The notes under the pieces: model-generated
What the model was told of the DNA's origin: nothing
The model's input: the letters and a program-made list of their open reading frames with translations, nothing else
Databases searched by the model: none
In this document: positions 1 through 12,170 of the stretch, piece after piece
How the letters are laid out: every line of letters begins with the position of its first letter
Numbering within the stretch: the stretch's first letter is position 1
Made by a program: the position numbers and the translations under genes
DNA from: Syntrophomonadaceae bacterium
Lineage (GTDB): Bacteria; Bacillota; Dethiobacteria; DTU022; UBA8154
Assembly: GCA_007135125.1 (NCBI GenBank)
Contig: SLJK01000053.1
Location: 3,974 to 67,973 of the forward strand
Direction: 5' to 3'
DNA length: 64,000 bases

Positions 1-112
1 TAATATAAATCTGCTTTAAGCAGCGTATCTCATTCTGCAAAACAATCTATCCGCCAACATAACAAATTTTATTTTTATTAATTTAAAAAGGAATAAAAGG
101 AACAGCTTCCTT

Positions 113-1237
113 TTATTCCTTTTCTCTTTGAGTCAGGTACCTGAGCATATTATGATAAGCCCTATGTTCTATGTTCAAAACATTGTTTATATCATTATAC
201 CTGTTAGAAATGCTTGAAGACGACACCCCGTACTGTTCGGCAAGTTTCTTCTGGGTTACATTCAAAAAGTGATATTTAGCCAGGGCATACTCGAGGCTGG
301 CAGCCCAGGTTTCTTTTTTTTTGATAAAGGGTGTCTCTGGATAAATATTGTTCAAATAATCAATCCAGATAGCCTGCAGATCTTCATAAAAAAGTTCATT
401 GTATGCTTTGCTGTGGCGCATATTTTCCAGTGTACAATCCAGCACTTCCTGCCAGCGCTCCATCCACCTGGGCGCCAACAAAGGGTAATATAATAAATCT
501 ACCTCTTTAAATTCTCCATCCATATGAACGGTTACAAGACCTCTTATTCCCATGTTTTTGAGCTCTAAAAGGGCCTGAAGGCGCAGCCTTTGCTTAATCC
601 AGGGGTTTCTTACAAATTCTTTTAATATCTGTTCTCCCGCTTTATTATTAAGTAAGCCGTACATGTGAATTGCTTTTTCTGCAATCTGTTCGTTTCTGTT
701 GTAAAGTTTGCCCCATAGATAACTGCGCAGGGATTGACTTTCCTGGTAACTCTTACTTAGTTCTTCTTCTTCTTTGCCTATCTCCCTGGTAAAATTAACA
801 TTCTCCTCTGGAGGGGGGGCGATAATCAGCTCCTCTTCGCTTAAGGCAAAAAGCAATTCCTCTGCATCTTCCACCATTTCCCCTTCAGGAGAAAACTGCA
901 GGTAAAGATTTAAATAAATACGGGCCTTTTCCAGCTCATCCAGCAGACCATAATTTACCGCCATTAAAAAATAACACTCCGTTAAAGCTGGATCCAGATC
1001 GTGCACAATGGAAGCAAACATTTCATTTGCTTTTTCAAGGTAGCCCATTCTACTTAACAGGCAGGCCAGGTTATAATGGTAGAGCGAGTTCTCCGGTTCC
1101 ATTTCAATGGTTTTTTTATAAAAAAGCAGGGCCTTCTGCAGCTTGTTCTGCTGATAATAGTGATTACCTTTTTCAAAATAATAATGTGCATTTTGTTCGA
1201 AAGATATCACTTTGGGCAAATTATTTTTGGTCCTCAT
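113..1237 (-). CDS. Tetratricopeptide-repeat protein with C-terminal HTH-like segment
   Basis: N-terminal TPR pattern (YYFEKGNHYYQQNKLQKALLFYKKTIEMEPEN...YNLACLL); C-terminal TQKKLAEQYGVSSSSISNRY is HTH-like. Confidence 0.8.
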   Translation of the reverse strand: MRTKNNLPKVISFEQNAHYYFEKGNHYYQQNKLQKALLFYKKTIEMEPENSLYHYNLACLLSRMGYLEKANEMFASIVHDLDPALTECYFLMAVNYGLLDELEKARIYLNLYLQFSPEGEMVEDAEELLFALSEEELIIAPPPEENVNFTREIGKEEEELSKSYQESQSLRSYLWGKLYNRNEQIAEKAIHMYGLLNNKAGEQILKEFVRNPWIKQRLRLQALLELKNMGIRGLVTVHMDGEFKEVDLLYYPLLAPRWMERWQEVLDCTLENMRHSKAYNELFYEDLQAIWIDYLNNIYPETPFIKKKETWAASLEYALAKYHFLNVTQKKLAEQYGVSSSSISNRYNDINNVLNIEHRAYHNMLRYLTQREKE

Positions 1238-1411
1238 TCTTTCTCACCACGTTTTATAAATATCAAGATTATCAACCATATACTTGCCTTAAACCGACGT
1301 CCACCCGTCTGATAACGGTCTGGCACCGGCATATTCTTACTTAATAACTTTCTGCGCGCCGGGCATGATCTCCTGCACGTATTTTCTTATTTCTCTTAAG
1401 GACAGCATGAT

Positions 1412-2404
1412 CTAATAACCCTCGGGGTTGAGGTCAGCGTATATATCGTCTTGATGATATATCCTGCGCTGCAGAAAGCGATCCCACTCAGTCCATCCAG
1501 GAGATTCATCGCTTGTTTTAAGCACCTGTTGAAATTGCTTCAAGCGGGCACTTATGAGATCGGCATGAAACAAAGTAAAGGCTTCAAAGGTTTGCGGTAT
1601 TTCAGGGGAACCCCATTCTTTTTCCCCGTGATGACTTAAAATCATATGTTCCAGGTTCATCTTCAACCTTTCCGGAAAAGAAGCAACTTCGTCGATTTTT
1701 TCTTTAAGCATGCCGTGGCCAATAGTAATATGTCCCAACAACTTCCCCCGATCAGTCTGTTGAAATGTAATACTATTCATGTTGTATTCCTCAATTTTTC
1801 CAATATCATGAAATAGCGCTCCTATCATAAGCAAGGAGGTGTCCAGTTCCTCGGGGTAATACTGGGCTAACTTGTCACAAAGCTCTACTACTTCCAGGGT
1901 ATGCTCCAACAAACCTCCCAAATAATTATGGTGTATCGTTTTAGCGGCCGATGAAAGGACAAACCTGTCTACCATTTCTTTGTCATTATAAAAGACGTGC
2001 AAAAGCTCCTTTAGTTTCTTATCATTCACTTTTTTATCCATAATTTTTTGCAAAGATGACCACATTTCTCCTGGATCCCTGTCAGAGACAACCTGGAAAT
2101 ATTCCCTTTTGATATTATCCTTGTCCATCTTCTCGTATCCGTTTATGACAAGCTGCAGACCCTGATATTCTTTTACCTCGCCAGATACGTAAAGCACATC
2201 GTCAACTTTAATAGGTTCGCTTACCATAGAACGATCCCAAATTATAGATTTTATGGTTCCGCTGACATCTCCCAGGAGAATCCTTAAAAAATATTCCCCG
2301 GCTCTTGACGGGGCAGAATAAGGCAATACTTTTACATCTAACACTACAAACTGGCTTTGTACAAAACCGCCCCTTTTTAAGTCTTTCACAAATTGTTTGC
2401 TCAA
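1412..2404 (-). CDS. yhaM: 3'-5' exoribonuclease YhaM family (OB fold + HD domain)
   Basis: HHNYLGGLLEHTLEV, FHDIGK, ILSHHG..WGSP motifs; N-terminal OB fold; GAGGAGG SD before the TTG start. Confidence 0.85.
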   Translation of the reverse strand: MSKQFVKDLKRGGFVQSQFVVLDVKVLPYSAPSRAGEYFLRILLGDVSGTIKSIIWDRSMVSEPIKVDDVLYVSGEVKEYQGLQLVINGYEKMDKDNIKREYFQVVSDRDPGEMWSSLQKIMDKKVNDKKLKELLHVFYNDKEMVDRFVLSSAAKTIHHNYLGGLLEHTLEVVELCDKLAQYYPEELDTSLLMIGALFHDIGKIEEYNMNSITFQQTDRGKLLGHITIGHGMLKEKIDEVASFPERLKMNLEHMILSHHGEKEWGSPEIPQTFEAFTLFHADLISARLKQFQQVLKTSDESPGWTEWDRFLQRRIYHQDDIYADLNPEGY

Positions 2405-2430
2405 GTTAAAACCTCCTCAACGCATACATG

Positions 2431-2457
2431 ATTCTTTATTCTTTTTCTAAATCCTTC
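2431..2457 (-). promoter_or_regulatory. Putative sigma-H promoter of yhaM
   Basis: Minus strand GAAGGATTT-N14-GAAT matches the SigH consensus. Confidence 0.5.
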
Positions 2458-2499
2458 TGTAGTAAACGAGGAAGTGAATATTTCCTGGAAAAAGTACAT

Positions 2500-2529
2500 A
2501 AAAAAAATGGGGGCTTCCCCATTTTTTTT
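2500..2529. terminator. Bidirectional intrinsic terminator after metF
   Basis: aaaaaaaatgggg-gctt-ccccatttttttt. Confidence 0.8.
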
Positions 2530-2557
2530 AGGCAGCGCTGTCTTTGTAAACTTACAT

Positions 2558-3493
2558 TCAGTCAACTGCAGGGCGCGGATACAACCCCGCTCTTTCTACT
2601 ATTTCGGGCACCATTTCTTCCCAGGCAATAGCCATAACATGCACCCCGGCTACCCCTTCAATTTCCTGCAATCTTTGAATAGTTTCAATGGCAATATTAA
2701 GCCCTTCTTTTTTCTTGTCCTGGGCTCCTTTTAGGCGATCGATAAGGGCATCGGGAACAATCATTCCGGAAACGTTATTTTTCATATAACGGGCCGCCCC
2801 CAGGGATTTTATGGGAGTAACTCCCCCCATAATATATACTTTCTCGTGTAAACCCAACTCTCTTACTTTTTCCATCCATTTTTCAAAGCGATCCAGGTCA
2901 AATATACACTGTGTCTGGACAAATTGTACGCCTGCAGCTATTTTTTTAGCCAAACGATAGGGCCGATATTCGAAAGGATCGGCGAAAGGATTGGCTACCG
3001 CCCCAATAAATATATTGGGAAGCGGATGCTCCAGTTCTTCTCCCCCTATAAAAACGTTATCGTCCCTCATTCTTTTGACGGCATTAATCCACTGCATGGA
3101 ATCAAGGTCATTAACATTTTTTGAACCCGGCTCATTCCCAAATTTACCGTGATCGCCCTGTAAACAGAGGAAATTTCTAACCCCAAAACTTGCTGCGCCC
3201 AGTAAATCTCCCTGCAGAGCAATCCTGTTCCGGTCACGGACCGTCATCTGTACTACAGGTTCCAGGCCCATCTGCATCAAAGTAGCGGCCACCCCAATAC
3301 TTGAGGTGCGCACTATTGCTGTCTGATTGTCTGTGATATTATAAGCTTCAACGTGGTTACGCATTTCATCCGCATGGTGCTTAACAGTTTCCACATCAGC
3401 ACTTTTGGGCGGGCCCAGTTCCCCCGTAACTGCAAAATGGCCACTTTTTAGGACTTTTTCAAGCTTGCTCGCTGGTTGTTTCAACCCTGGCAT
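2558..3493 (-). CDS. metF: Methylenetetrahydrofolate reductase, large subunit
   Basis: VTGELGPPK, NITDNQTA, RDRNRIALQ, FVQTQ, GVHVMA motifs; overlaps metV. Confidence 0.92.
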   Translation of the reverse strand: MPGLKQPASKLEKVLKSGHFAVTGELGPPKSADVETVKHHADEMRNHVEAYNITDNQTAIVRTSSIGVAATLMQMGLEPVVQMTVRDRNRIALQGDLLGAASFGVRNFLCLQGDHGKFGNEPGSKNVNDLDSMQWINAVKRMRDDNVFIGGEELEHPLPNIFIGAVANPFADPFEYRPYRLAKKIAAGVQFVQTQCIFDLDRFEKWMEKVRELGLHEKVYIMGGVTPIKSLGAARYMKNNVSGMIVPDALIDRLKGAQDKKKEGLNIAIETIQRLQEIEGVAGVHVMAIAWEEMVPEIVERAGLYPRPAVD

Positions 3494-4148
3494 CCTCCCT
3501 TACAACAGTTCTTGGACCTCCATGATGGGAAGTGGACCAATCCTTGGGGGGTTGGACCGGATCCATTCTATCAATAACACCCAATTTGCCCAGGCGTTCG
3601 TATATTAGCTGCCAGGCACAATCTACATCCTCGCTAACTTCGCACTTCCCGTCCTGGGAGCCACCGCAGGGTCCGTTAAGCATACTTTTTGAGCACCTGG
3701 CAATGGGGCAAATACCCATGGTCATATCCAGAACACAATCGCCACAGCCAAGGCAATTCTCTGTCCATACACCTTGCTCCAGAGGATAGCCAAAAAACTG
3801 GGTATTAAGACCCGGCAAAATAACCTTATCGGAAAGCCTTTCGGTCATTGCCTGTACTCCAACGCCGCAGGCCAGAGAAAGAATAACATCGTAGCCCTTT
3901 ATTTTTTCGGCCAGTTCATCAATATACTCGTATTCACACTGCCTCAACATTGTTTCGGAACTAACTTCTACCTCTTTCCCTTCTTTTTTACGCCAAATCG
4001 AAAGAGTTGCGGCTGTTTCTGCTGCCTCTTTTTCGCCTCCGGAAAGGCACACCGTTACGCACGCGCCGCACCCCAAAACACAGATCTTATTATAGGGCTG
4101 CAGCATTTCAGCTATTTCGGCCAGAGGTTTTCTGTCTCCAACAATCAT
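3459..4148 (-). CDS. metV: Methylenetetrahydrofolate reductase, small Fe-S/Zn subunit
   Basis: GCGACVTVC, ACGVG, CLGCGDC, CPIARCSKSMLNGPCGG, CAW Cys motifs; adjacent to metF. Confidence 0.92.
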   Translation of the reverse strand: MIVGDRKPLAEIAEMLQPYNKICVLGCGACVTVCLSGGEKEAAETAATLSIWRKKEGKEVEVSSETMLRQCEYEYIDELAEKIKGYDVILSLACGVGVQAMTERLSDKVILPGLNTQFFGYPLEQGVWTENCLGCGDCVLDMTMGICPIARCSKSMLNGPCGGSQDGKCEVSEDVDCAWQLIYERLGKLGVIDRMDPVQPPKDWSTSHHGGPRTVVREDARVETTSEQA

Positions 4149-4236
4149 TATTTCACCTTCCCTCTCCGTAACCTCCTCAGCAAAGTAAAATGCTTTGTCT
4201 TTTCCATCAGGATTCTTCTACACAATATATAAATAA

Positions 4237-4450
4237 GGGGCTGGAAATTACACCTGGACTATAATAACAACTGCTAGAACGTCTGTTACCTAAATTTTGC
4301 TACCTCAAAATGATATGGATAATGCTAAAACTGGTACACTGGTTTAAGCAACTGCTGAATATAAAATGCAATGGGCTGCTGATTACGCTGGAACACATAC
4401 AACACACATAAGGGCATTACTGCTATAAGACCTTTATCATTTCCAGCCCC
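4237..4450. repeat. 214-bp segment bounded by a perfect 12-bp inverted repeat
   Basis: ggggctggaaat (4237-4248) / atttccagcccc (4439-4450). Confidence 0.6.
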
Positions 4451-4460
4451 AAATCTTGGC

Positions 4461-6280
<1,820 letters not shown>

Positions 6281-6360
6281 CGCTCTTCTCCTTTCTGACT
6301 AATAATCTAAAACCGGAATGCTTCTGCTCCGACCGAGGAAAGAGATAATTCTGCCTGAGA

Positions 6361-7689
6361 TTACGCAAAATTACTCTTTGCAAACTTTTGAATTCCATTT
6401 GCCTCACGTGGCCCTACCATGACCTCCCAGCCAGATTCATCCTCCAGTTTTCCTTTCAGTACAGCTACACCACCAGGAATAACGGCTTTCTTATGGTTAA
6501 CCTTATCTTCAAGCCCCACGGCTTTGATGTCTGCTGCAATTTTCTCTGCTGTAAACTTATTATCTGCATAGGCAGTCAAAACGGAAATGCCGCCGGTATC
6601 CACAGAAAGTATGTAGCTGGGAATACGTGTAGCATCAACTTCACCTTCCACCAGGAAGTATGTTAGCGAAAAGTTCGTTGTGACGTATACAGGCGAATCG
6701 GCAGTGGGTTCACCTACTTCGTGCAAACCGGGCTCTACCGCAACAGGCTTTTGTGGGTCGGTAAATAGGTTGGCCCTCCAGCTGAGCAGTGGCATTAGGT
6801 GTTCTTTTTTGTCGGTCTTCAAAACTAAAACACTGGTAAACTTGGAGATATAAACCCCCGCCTGAAGCATTTCTTCCCGCAAATCTTCTTTGGTAGTAAA
6901 AGCAATAGTCGGATAACCGAAAGAGCGGAATTTCTTCCGCACAGCGAGGCGGCGGATCTGGGTCATATCAGCAAGCACCTTGCTTGTCTCTCTAGAACCT
7001 GGATCGATAACCAGTTCCTTATAGCCCAAAGCCACAACTTTATCCACCAGTTCAGCCAGACTGTTCAAGTCCTCGCCTTTGACAGCCAAAACACAGCCAT
7101 TGGCCTTGGCCAGCTCTGTCATCTTTTCGTAGTTGTCCTTATTGGCAGCATAAATAAGGGGCTTGCGTTCTGCCAGAACTCCTACAGCAGCTTCCATAGC
7201 CCCTACATCTTCCGTCACCAGAGTAATATTTTTAGCGGTTTTTGCGGCCGCTGTTTCAGCTGCAGCCTTAAAAGTAGCCGCATCTCCAGAAGCATTAATA
7301 ATTGCTACCATGTCAACCTCATAGCGCTGGCCGACACGTTCAAAAATTAGTTCGTTAATACTTTCCACTTTGGCTCCAACATCTTCGTTATCGTTAACAG
7401 CAATGGTAACCGCGGTAGGATGGTTGAAACGTTTATCATGGCGAAAAATTTCAGTTTCATCACCCATTTCAATAACGTTATCACCTGCTCCTACTTTTAC
7501 CAAGCGGATTGGAGGTGCTGCAGCAGACGATAAGGCTTCCTTAGCTTCTTCAGAAACATCTGGACACTGATCCAACGAGGTCTTTCCGTTGGCCAAAGCC
7601 ATCGCAAAAGCCAAGCAAGTTGGAAATCCACATTCTTTACAGTTGGTCTTGGGCAAATGCTTGAAAATCTCTAAACCTGTTAAACCCAT
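6361..7689 (-). CDS. acsC: Corrinoid iron-sulfur protein, large subunit
   Basis: LPKTNCKECGFPTCLAFA Fe-S motif, TTNFSLTYF, VGPREA; start moved to ATG 7689 after an AAAGGAG SD. Confidence 0.95.
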   Translation of the reverse strand: MGLTGLEIFKHLPKTNCKECGFPTCLAFAMALANGKTSLDQCPDVSEEAKEALSSAAAPPIRLVKVGAGDNVIEMGDETEIFRHDKRFNHPTAVTIAVNDNEDVGAKVESINELIFERVGQRYEVDMVAIINASGDAATFKAAAETAAAKTAKNITLVTEDVGAMEAAVGVLAERKPLIYAANKDNYEKMTELAKANGCVLAVKGEDLNSLAELVDKVVALGYKELVIDPGSRETSKVLADMTQIRRLAVRKKFRSFGYPTIAFTTKEDLREEMLQAGVYISKFTSVLVLKTDKKEHLMPLLSWRANLFTDPQKPVAVEPGLHEVGEPTADSPVYVTTNFSLTYFLVEGEVDATRIPSYILSVDTGGISVLTAYADNKFTAEKIAADIKAVGLEDKVNHKKAVIPGGVAVLKGKLEDESGWEVMVGPREANGIQKFAKSNFA

Positions 7690-7727
7690 TGTTTCGACTC
7701 CTTTCTTTTTAAAAATATTATTTCCAT

Positions 7728-7786
7728 AAAACCCCAAACGAGAGGGGCGTCATTGCACCTTAATGTGCTCCGCCCCCCGGGGTTTT
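7728..7786 (-). other. Long intra-operon stem-loop between acsB and acsC
   Basis: Nested pairs aaaacccc/ggggtttt, ggggcg/cgcccc, gcac/gtgc. Confidence 0.6.
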
Positions 7787-7796
7787 TCAGGTCGAA

Positions 7797-10001
7797 TTAC
7801 ATCAAAGGATCCATGGTCAATGCCGGGTGTCCCTTTTCTTCCAGGAAAGGCAGTATTTCTTCTGCCGAGGTTCCAATCGTCTCATCAGCTATCTTATCAA
7901 CGAAGTCTGCACCTAAACCCTGATCTTCTGCTGCCTTACGCAGATCGTCACCTAACCATTCCTTCAGCTCCTTGGGAAGCCATACCACACGGGCCAGACC
8001 ACCGTCAGCCTTTATAAACTTTTTGCTAAGCGTGAACACACGCCCGTGGCCCATAAAACCGGGAGTCTGCACTCCACCGCCTACAGAGCCAGCCAGGGTA
8101 GAAAAGTTCATGCCGCAAGGAGTCATACCACCGTGTTCCCTGGTAGTTATCATAACTCCGTTGGCTTCGGGAACGATACCCATAATACATTCAAAGCAGC
8201 CACAGGAAGTCATGGGGCGGTCGATAAAGGAATACATAGAGCATTCTTCAATATTACGGTTAGTGTTGTTATAGACAAACTCGTTTACCGATTCCCAGAT
8301 ACCCTTCTCCTCGTCAACAAGACCCTCTTTCTTAATGGGCTGATTGGGGCCGGTAGGATCGATCTCGTTAGAAGCTTTGCCATCCAGCCAACTTACGGCA
8401 CCGCAAAGGCCTAAACGCTCCGGAGTGACCACGCAAACGTGGTTGGGAGCAAAGGACTGGCAGAGGGTGCAGGAATAAAAATCCTCCACCGATTCATCTG
8501 TAAGACCCGCTAACCGGGCGTCCCTCTCGGCATAAACTTCCCGGGCCCCTTCCAGTTTCTCCTCCACAGCCGCAGGATCTGTATATACAGTTACTTGAAC
8601 GCGGTCTACAATGGAAGGAAAATCGTCCTTAAACTTGGCAATGAGCAAGTCTCCATAGTGGCGGAACTTGAAGCCCTTGGCCACACAATCCTTGCTTACA
8701 CGATACCAGCAGAGGTTGCGCTGGCCGGCATGCCAGAGTCCTTCTCCGTAGTTTATAAAATCGTGGATGCGCCGCTCTAACACCCCTTCGAAGTCCTCCT
8801 GCATTTTGCGGCCGAATATTTTCACGAATATCCCGCCACTGATGGCAGAACCTTCTTCAATCTCATCGATTTCAGGGCCGACAACTTCCACCTTGCCGTC
8901 TTCAATCTCGTCTTCGTTAACCATTCTTACTAACTCAAATGAAGGAGTACGGCCGCCGCCAAATTCCATGTACATATCTTTCTTGCGAATGGCCTCTCCT
9001 TCAAAAGCAGGAGCCACAGTAAAGGGCACCGGGATATCCAAGATCTTGAGCTTGATACCGCGTACCTCCAAGGCAACCTGCACCAGGGTATCGTAATCGG
9101 GATGTGAGATATACCAGTTGGGAATCTGCTCGTCTTCAGGAAGCTCGTGGTCTACCAGGACCGGAAAACCCAGGAAAATAGCAGCAAAGTGGGCTGCAGT
9201 CTGCACTTCATCTCTTTCCCCGAATTGCAGGACAAATGCGCGGACACGACGGCGCTGGTAGTCTCTCTGCTCTTCTCTTAGCCCCGGGGTGATACCACCA
9301 AAGGCAAGGCCTGCTCTTAAGGCATAATTAACAGCATGAATAACCTGGGTAAAATTCCCCATGGGGAAAGTAATAAAGTCAATACCCAGCTTGAGCCCAG
9401 CCTCAATAGCCTGGTCTACAACCTCGTAAGCCATAAAAATCATGAAACCCTTGGCCTGTAGATCACTTACAATCTTAGCCAGAGCTTCGGTAGATTTAGC
9501 TTTGCCAACCAAGACCGCCTGACCGGGGATAGTCCAGTCTACCAGAAGGATTCCGTAACGACGAACCACCGGGTCTCCTAAAAAACCGGTCCAGGGTTCT
9601 ACGTGCAGCTGTTCTCCTTTCAGGTAGCGTAAGGCTTCAATTATTTCTGCAGCATATGCAGTGGACTCACCGCAGAGCCTGGCGTTGTAGAAATTCAGTT
9701 CCTCTTTGATCTGGTTCCGCATGCGGTTTAGAATTGGAGGAAGCTCACCCAGTTTGGTAACCTTCTCGCCACTCAAGTTCATGATGACCGGCAGGTAATA
9801 TCCGGTATCGGGATAGCCTACGGGATGCTCAGGGCCGTATCTCCTGATAGCCTGACTCAGAAGGATCTCGGCGTAGCTGGTGGCAATAATAGCTCCGTCA
9901 TACACCTTTTGGAATAACGGCAGGGGTGGCTTGGATTCATCAACCGCACCCTCAAATATCTCTTCGAAAGAATTTTCCCATTCTCTACTAACTGTGCTCA
10001 T
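7797..10001 (-). CDS. acsB: Acetyl-CoA synthase (bacterial type, with N-terminal domain)
   Basis: A-cluster ligands CTLCQSFAPNHVC, GLCGA, PMTSCGCFE intact. Confidence 0.97.
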   Translation of the reverse strand: MSTVSREWENSFEEIFEGAVDESKPPLPLFQKVYDGAIIATSYAEILLSQAIRRYGPEHPVGYPDTGYYLPVIMNLSGEKVTKLGELPPILNRMRNQIKEELNFYNARLCGESTAYAAEIIEALRYLKGEQLHVEPWTGFLGDPVVRRYGILLVDWTIPGQAVLVGKAKSTEALAKIVSDLQAKGFMIFMAYEVVDQAIEAGLKLGIDFITFPMGNFTQVIHAVNYALRAGLAFGGITPGLREEQRDYQRRRVRAFVLQFGERDEVQTAAHFAAIFLGFPVLVDHELPEDEQIPNWYISHPDYDTLVQVALEVRGIKLKILDIPVPFTVAPAFEGEAIRKKDMYMEFGGGRTPSFELVRMVNEDEIEDGKVEVVGPEIDEIEEGSAISGGIFVKIFGRKMQEDFEGVLERRIHDFINYGEGLWHAGQRNLCWYRVSKDCVAKGFKFRHYGDLLIAKFKDDFPSIVDRVQVTVYTDPAAVEEKLEGAREVYAERDARLAGLTDESVEDFYSCTLCQSFAPNHVCVVTPERLGLCGAVSWLDGKASNEIDPTGPNQPIKKEGLVDEEKGIWESVNEFVYNNTNRNIEECSMYSFIDRPMTSCGCFECIMGIVPEANGVMITTREHGGMTPCGMNFSTLAGSVGGGVQTPGFMGHGRVFTLSKKFIKADGGLARVVWLPKELKEWLGDDLRKAAEDQGLGADFVDKIADETIGTSAEEILPFLEEKGHPALTMDPLM

Positions 10002-10034
10002 GTACTCTTACCTCCTTTTTTCTACGAATATATT

Positions 10035-12005
10035 TTACCAGGTTTCCGAGACAGCTGTTTCGTACTTTTCGGCAGCCATCTTGTGCACCTTCATCTTCCA
10101 GGTTCTTTCCTGCAAGGCAGCTAACAACTTCTTAGCAGCTTCCATGGGATCCTCTTCCCACATGAAGTAACCACCGTAGACATCCTGGGCAATCTGCAGG
10201 GCAATACCGTCTACTAGGGGGCTGCCAGGGATAGGCGGCATAACTCCTACGTGGGTAGGAACGCCCAGGGTTACGCACCAGCTACCGATTGATACAGCCT
10301 TTTCACTCATGGCCTCGGGGGCGCTGGCGACGAAGGGAACCTTGGGGGTATCCACTTTCCATTGCTCAGCCAAGGCGGTTACAAAGTCGTAGCACCGGGT
10401 GTTATCCACACAGGAACCCATATGGAAAATCAAGGGAAGATCTTCACCAATTTTTCCTTTATTGGCTTCGTTGAGGCGCTTCATGAAAGCTTTTAGACCA
10501 TCGCCGGCATACTTCTCCACGGCATCCCCGTTCATTAAACCAAGCTTGCCGAAAGTTCCTGCAGCACAGCCGGTTGATACCAGTAAAACATTGTTCTTGG
10601 CCAGTTCCGTGGCAATGGTAAAGTGGCTGCTATCATGAAAAACCTTGAGGTTGTTGCAGCCAGCAAAGAGGCAAACCCCCGCCAATTCGCCGGAGTCAAC
10701 AGCATCGGTCACGGCCTTGATGGGGCTTTCGGGGCTGATAGCGCCCAAAATATCCTCCATGGCTTCCAGGCTAAATCCTGCGATTACCTTGTTCTTAATC
10801 TGGGGAATGCTAACTTTGGAAGGATCACGTTCTTTATACGCTTCAATGGCCAGGTTGACAATCTCCCTGGCTTTTTCCAGGGCCCGGGTCTCATCAAAGT
10901 CAACGTAATAAGAGCTGGGAATCTTGGCATTGGGAATGGTAGTAATAACTTTGGTGTGATAGCATTCTGCAACGGCCTGAATTCCGGGCATGATACACTG
11001 TACGTCCACCACCATAGCATCCATGGCTCCGGTCATAATGGCCAGTTCCTGGGACAGGAAGTTGGTAAGAGGAGGCACACCCTGGCGCATCAGCACCTCG
11101 TTTCCTGTACAGCAGATTCCCACGCACTTAATGTCGTCTGCTCCGGCTGCTTTGGCTTCATCCTGCATTTCCCGGGCTGCTCTAACCACAATTTCGCTCA
11201 AGATGGGATTGTGACCGTGGAGAGCGATATTGACGTTCTTCTCCTCCAAAACACCCATATTGGCATCGGTTACAGCCGGTGTAGGTGTGCCGAAGAGAAT
11301 ATCGGAAAGGTCTGTGGATATATGCATACCGATGTAGTCACACAGGGAAGTCTTCAAAGACTGAAACACCAGGTTCACCGGATCAGCGTCCATCCCCATG
11401 TGGGTTTGAGCCATAGATTCGGCGATGGTTTTATGAATACTGTTGGGCATAATGTTGCAGTCCATGGCTTTTTGCACACGTTCAGGGACTACCGTTTTTT
11501 CCATCCACTTGCTGTACGTCCTTTTATCCAGGCGGCTGAACTCTTCCTCCGCCAGGTCTACCACATCTTTTAAAATCTCCTGTTCTGAACGACCCTCCAC
11601 GGCAATATCAAATTTGGTTGCTATCCGCTTCAGCTTGTCGCTGTCAGTAATACTATAGTCGCTCTCATGTCCATCGGCTATTTCCCTCATAACGGAAGTG
11701 ATATGCATGCCGTGGTCACAGTGGGCTGCTGTTCCTCCCAGAACATGGCGGAGCAAATTACGCCCAACAATCGTGTACGGCGCAGCACCGCAGATCCCTT
11801 TGCTTGCCTTCTTGGTAATACGGCAGGGCCCCTGAATACAGATGGTGCAGCAGATACCGGTATCACCATACTGGCACTGGGGCTGCATGTTAAGATAGCG
11901 GTCATATGCCGTCTCAACACCATTACCTTCGCAACTGGCTAGTACTTCCAGCGCTGCAGGGTCAATGGTTCTGTTGCGGTTCTTTTCCTTCTTTTTGTCA
12001 GCCAT
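10035..12005 (-). CDS. acsA: Ni,Fe carbon monoxide dehydrogenase catalytic subunit
   Basis: QPQC..G..GICCTICIQGPC, HGHNP, GICCTGNE, DVQC, AGCNN, TGC, MGSCVD, SEKA all intact. Confidence 0.96.
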   Translation of the reverse strand: MADKKKEKNRNRTIDPAALEVLASCEGNGVETAYDRYLNMQPQCQYGDTGICCTICIQGPCRITKKASKGICGAAPYTIVGRNLLRHVLGGTAAHCDHGMHITSVMREIADGHESDYSITDSDKLKRIATKFDIAVEGRSEQEILKDVVDLAEEEFSRLDKRTYSKWMEKTVVPERVQKAMDCNIMPNSIHKTIAESMAQTHMGMDADPVNLVFQSLKTSLCDYIGMHISTDLSDILFGTPTPAVTDANMGVLEEKNVNIALHGHNPILSEIVVRAAREMQDEAKAAGADDIKCVGICCTGNEVLMRQGVPPLTNFLSQELAIMTGAMDAMVVDVQCIMPGIQAVAECYHTKVITTIPNAKIPSSYYVDFDETRALEKAREIVNLAIEAYKERDPSKVSIPQIKNKVIAGFSLEAMEDILGAISPESPIKAVTDAVDSGELAGVCLFAGCNNLKVFHDSSHFTIATELAKNNVLLVSTGCAAGTFGKLGLMNGDAVEKYAGDGLKAFMKRLNEANKGKIGEDLPLIFHMGSCVDNTRCYDFVTALAEQWKVDTPKVPFVASAPEAMSEKAVSIGSWCVTLGVPTHVGVMPPIPGSPLVDGIALQIAQDVYGGYFMWEEDPMEAAKKLLAALQERTWKMKVHKMAAEKYETAVSETW

Positions 12006-12170
12006 AATGTTTCCCTAACCTCCTTGGAATATTTATTTAATCGCCACTTGGGGCTCGTAGAAAACCCCGCCTATCCAAAATATGCCTCCATTTATAACAC
12101 AAAAGCTAATTGTTTAGCCGTTACATTTAGTCCCGAGAAATGAACTAAATCCCCCGGACTCATAAATAGC

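Noticed and set aside
4315..4407. 30-aa minus-strand ORF (MPLCVLYVFQ...) inside the IR-bounded element
   Set aside because: No SD and no recognisable features.
10623..11573. 316-aa plus-strand ORF and many similar antisense ORFs in the track
   Set aside because: They lie opposite well-conserved genes (here acsA), carry no recognisable motifs, and are shadow ORFs.
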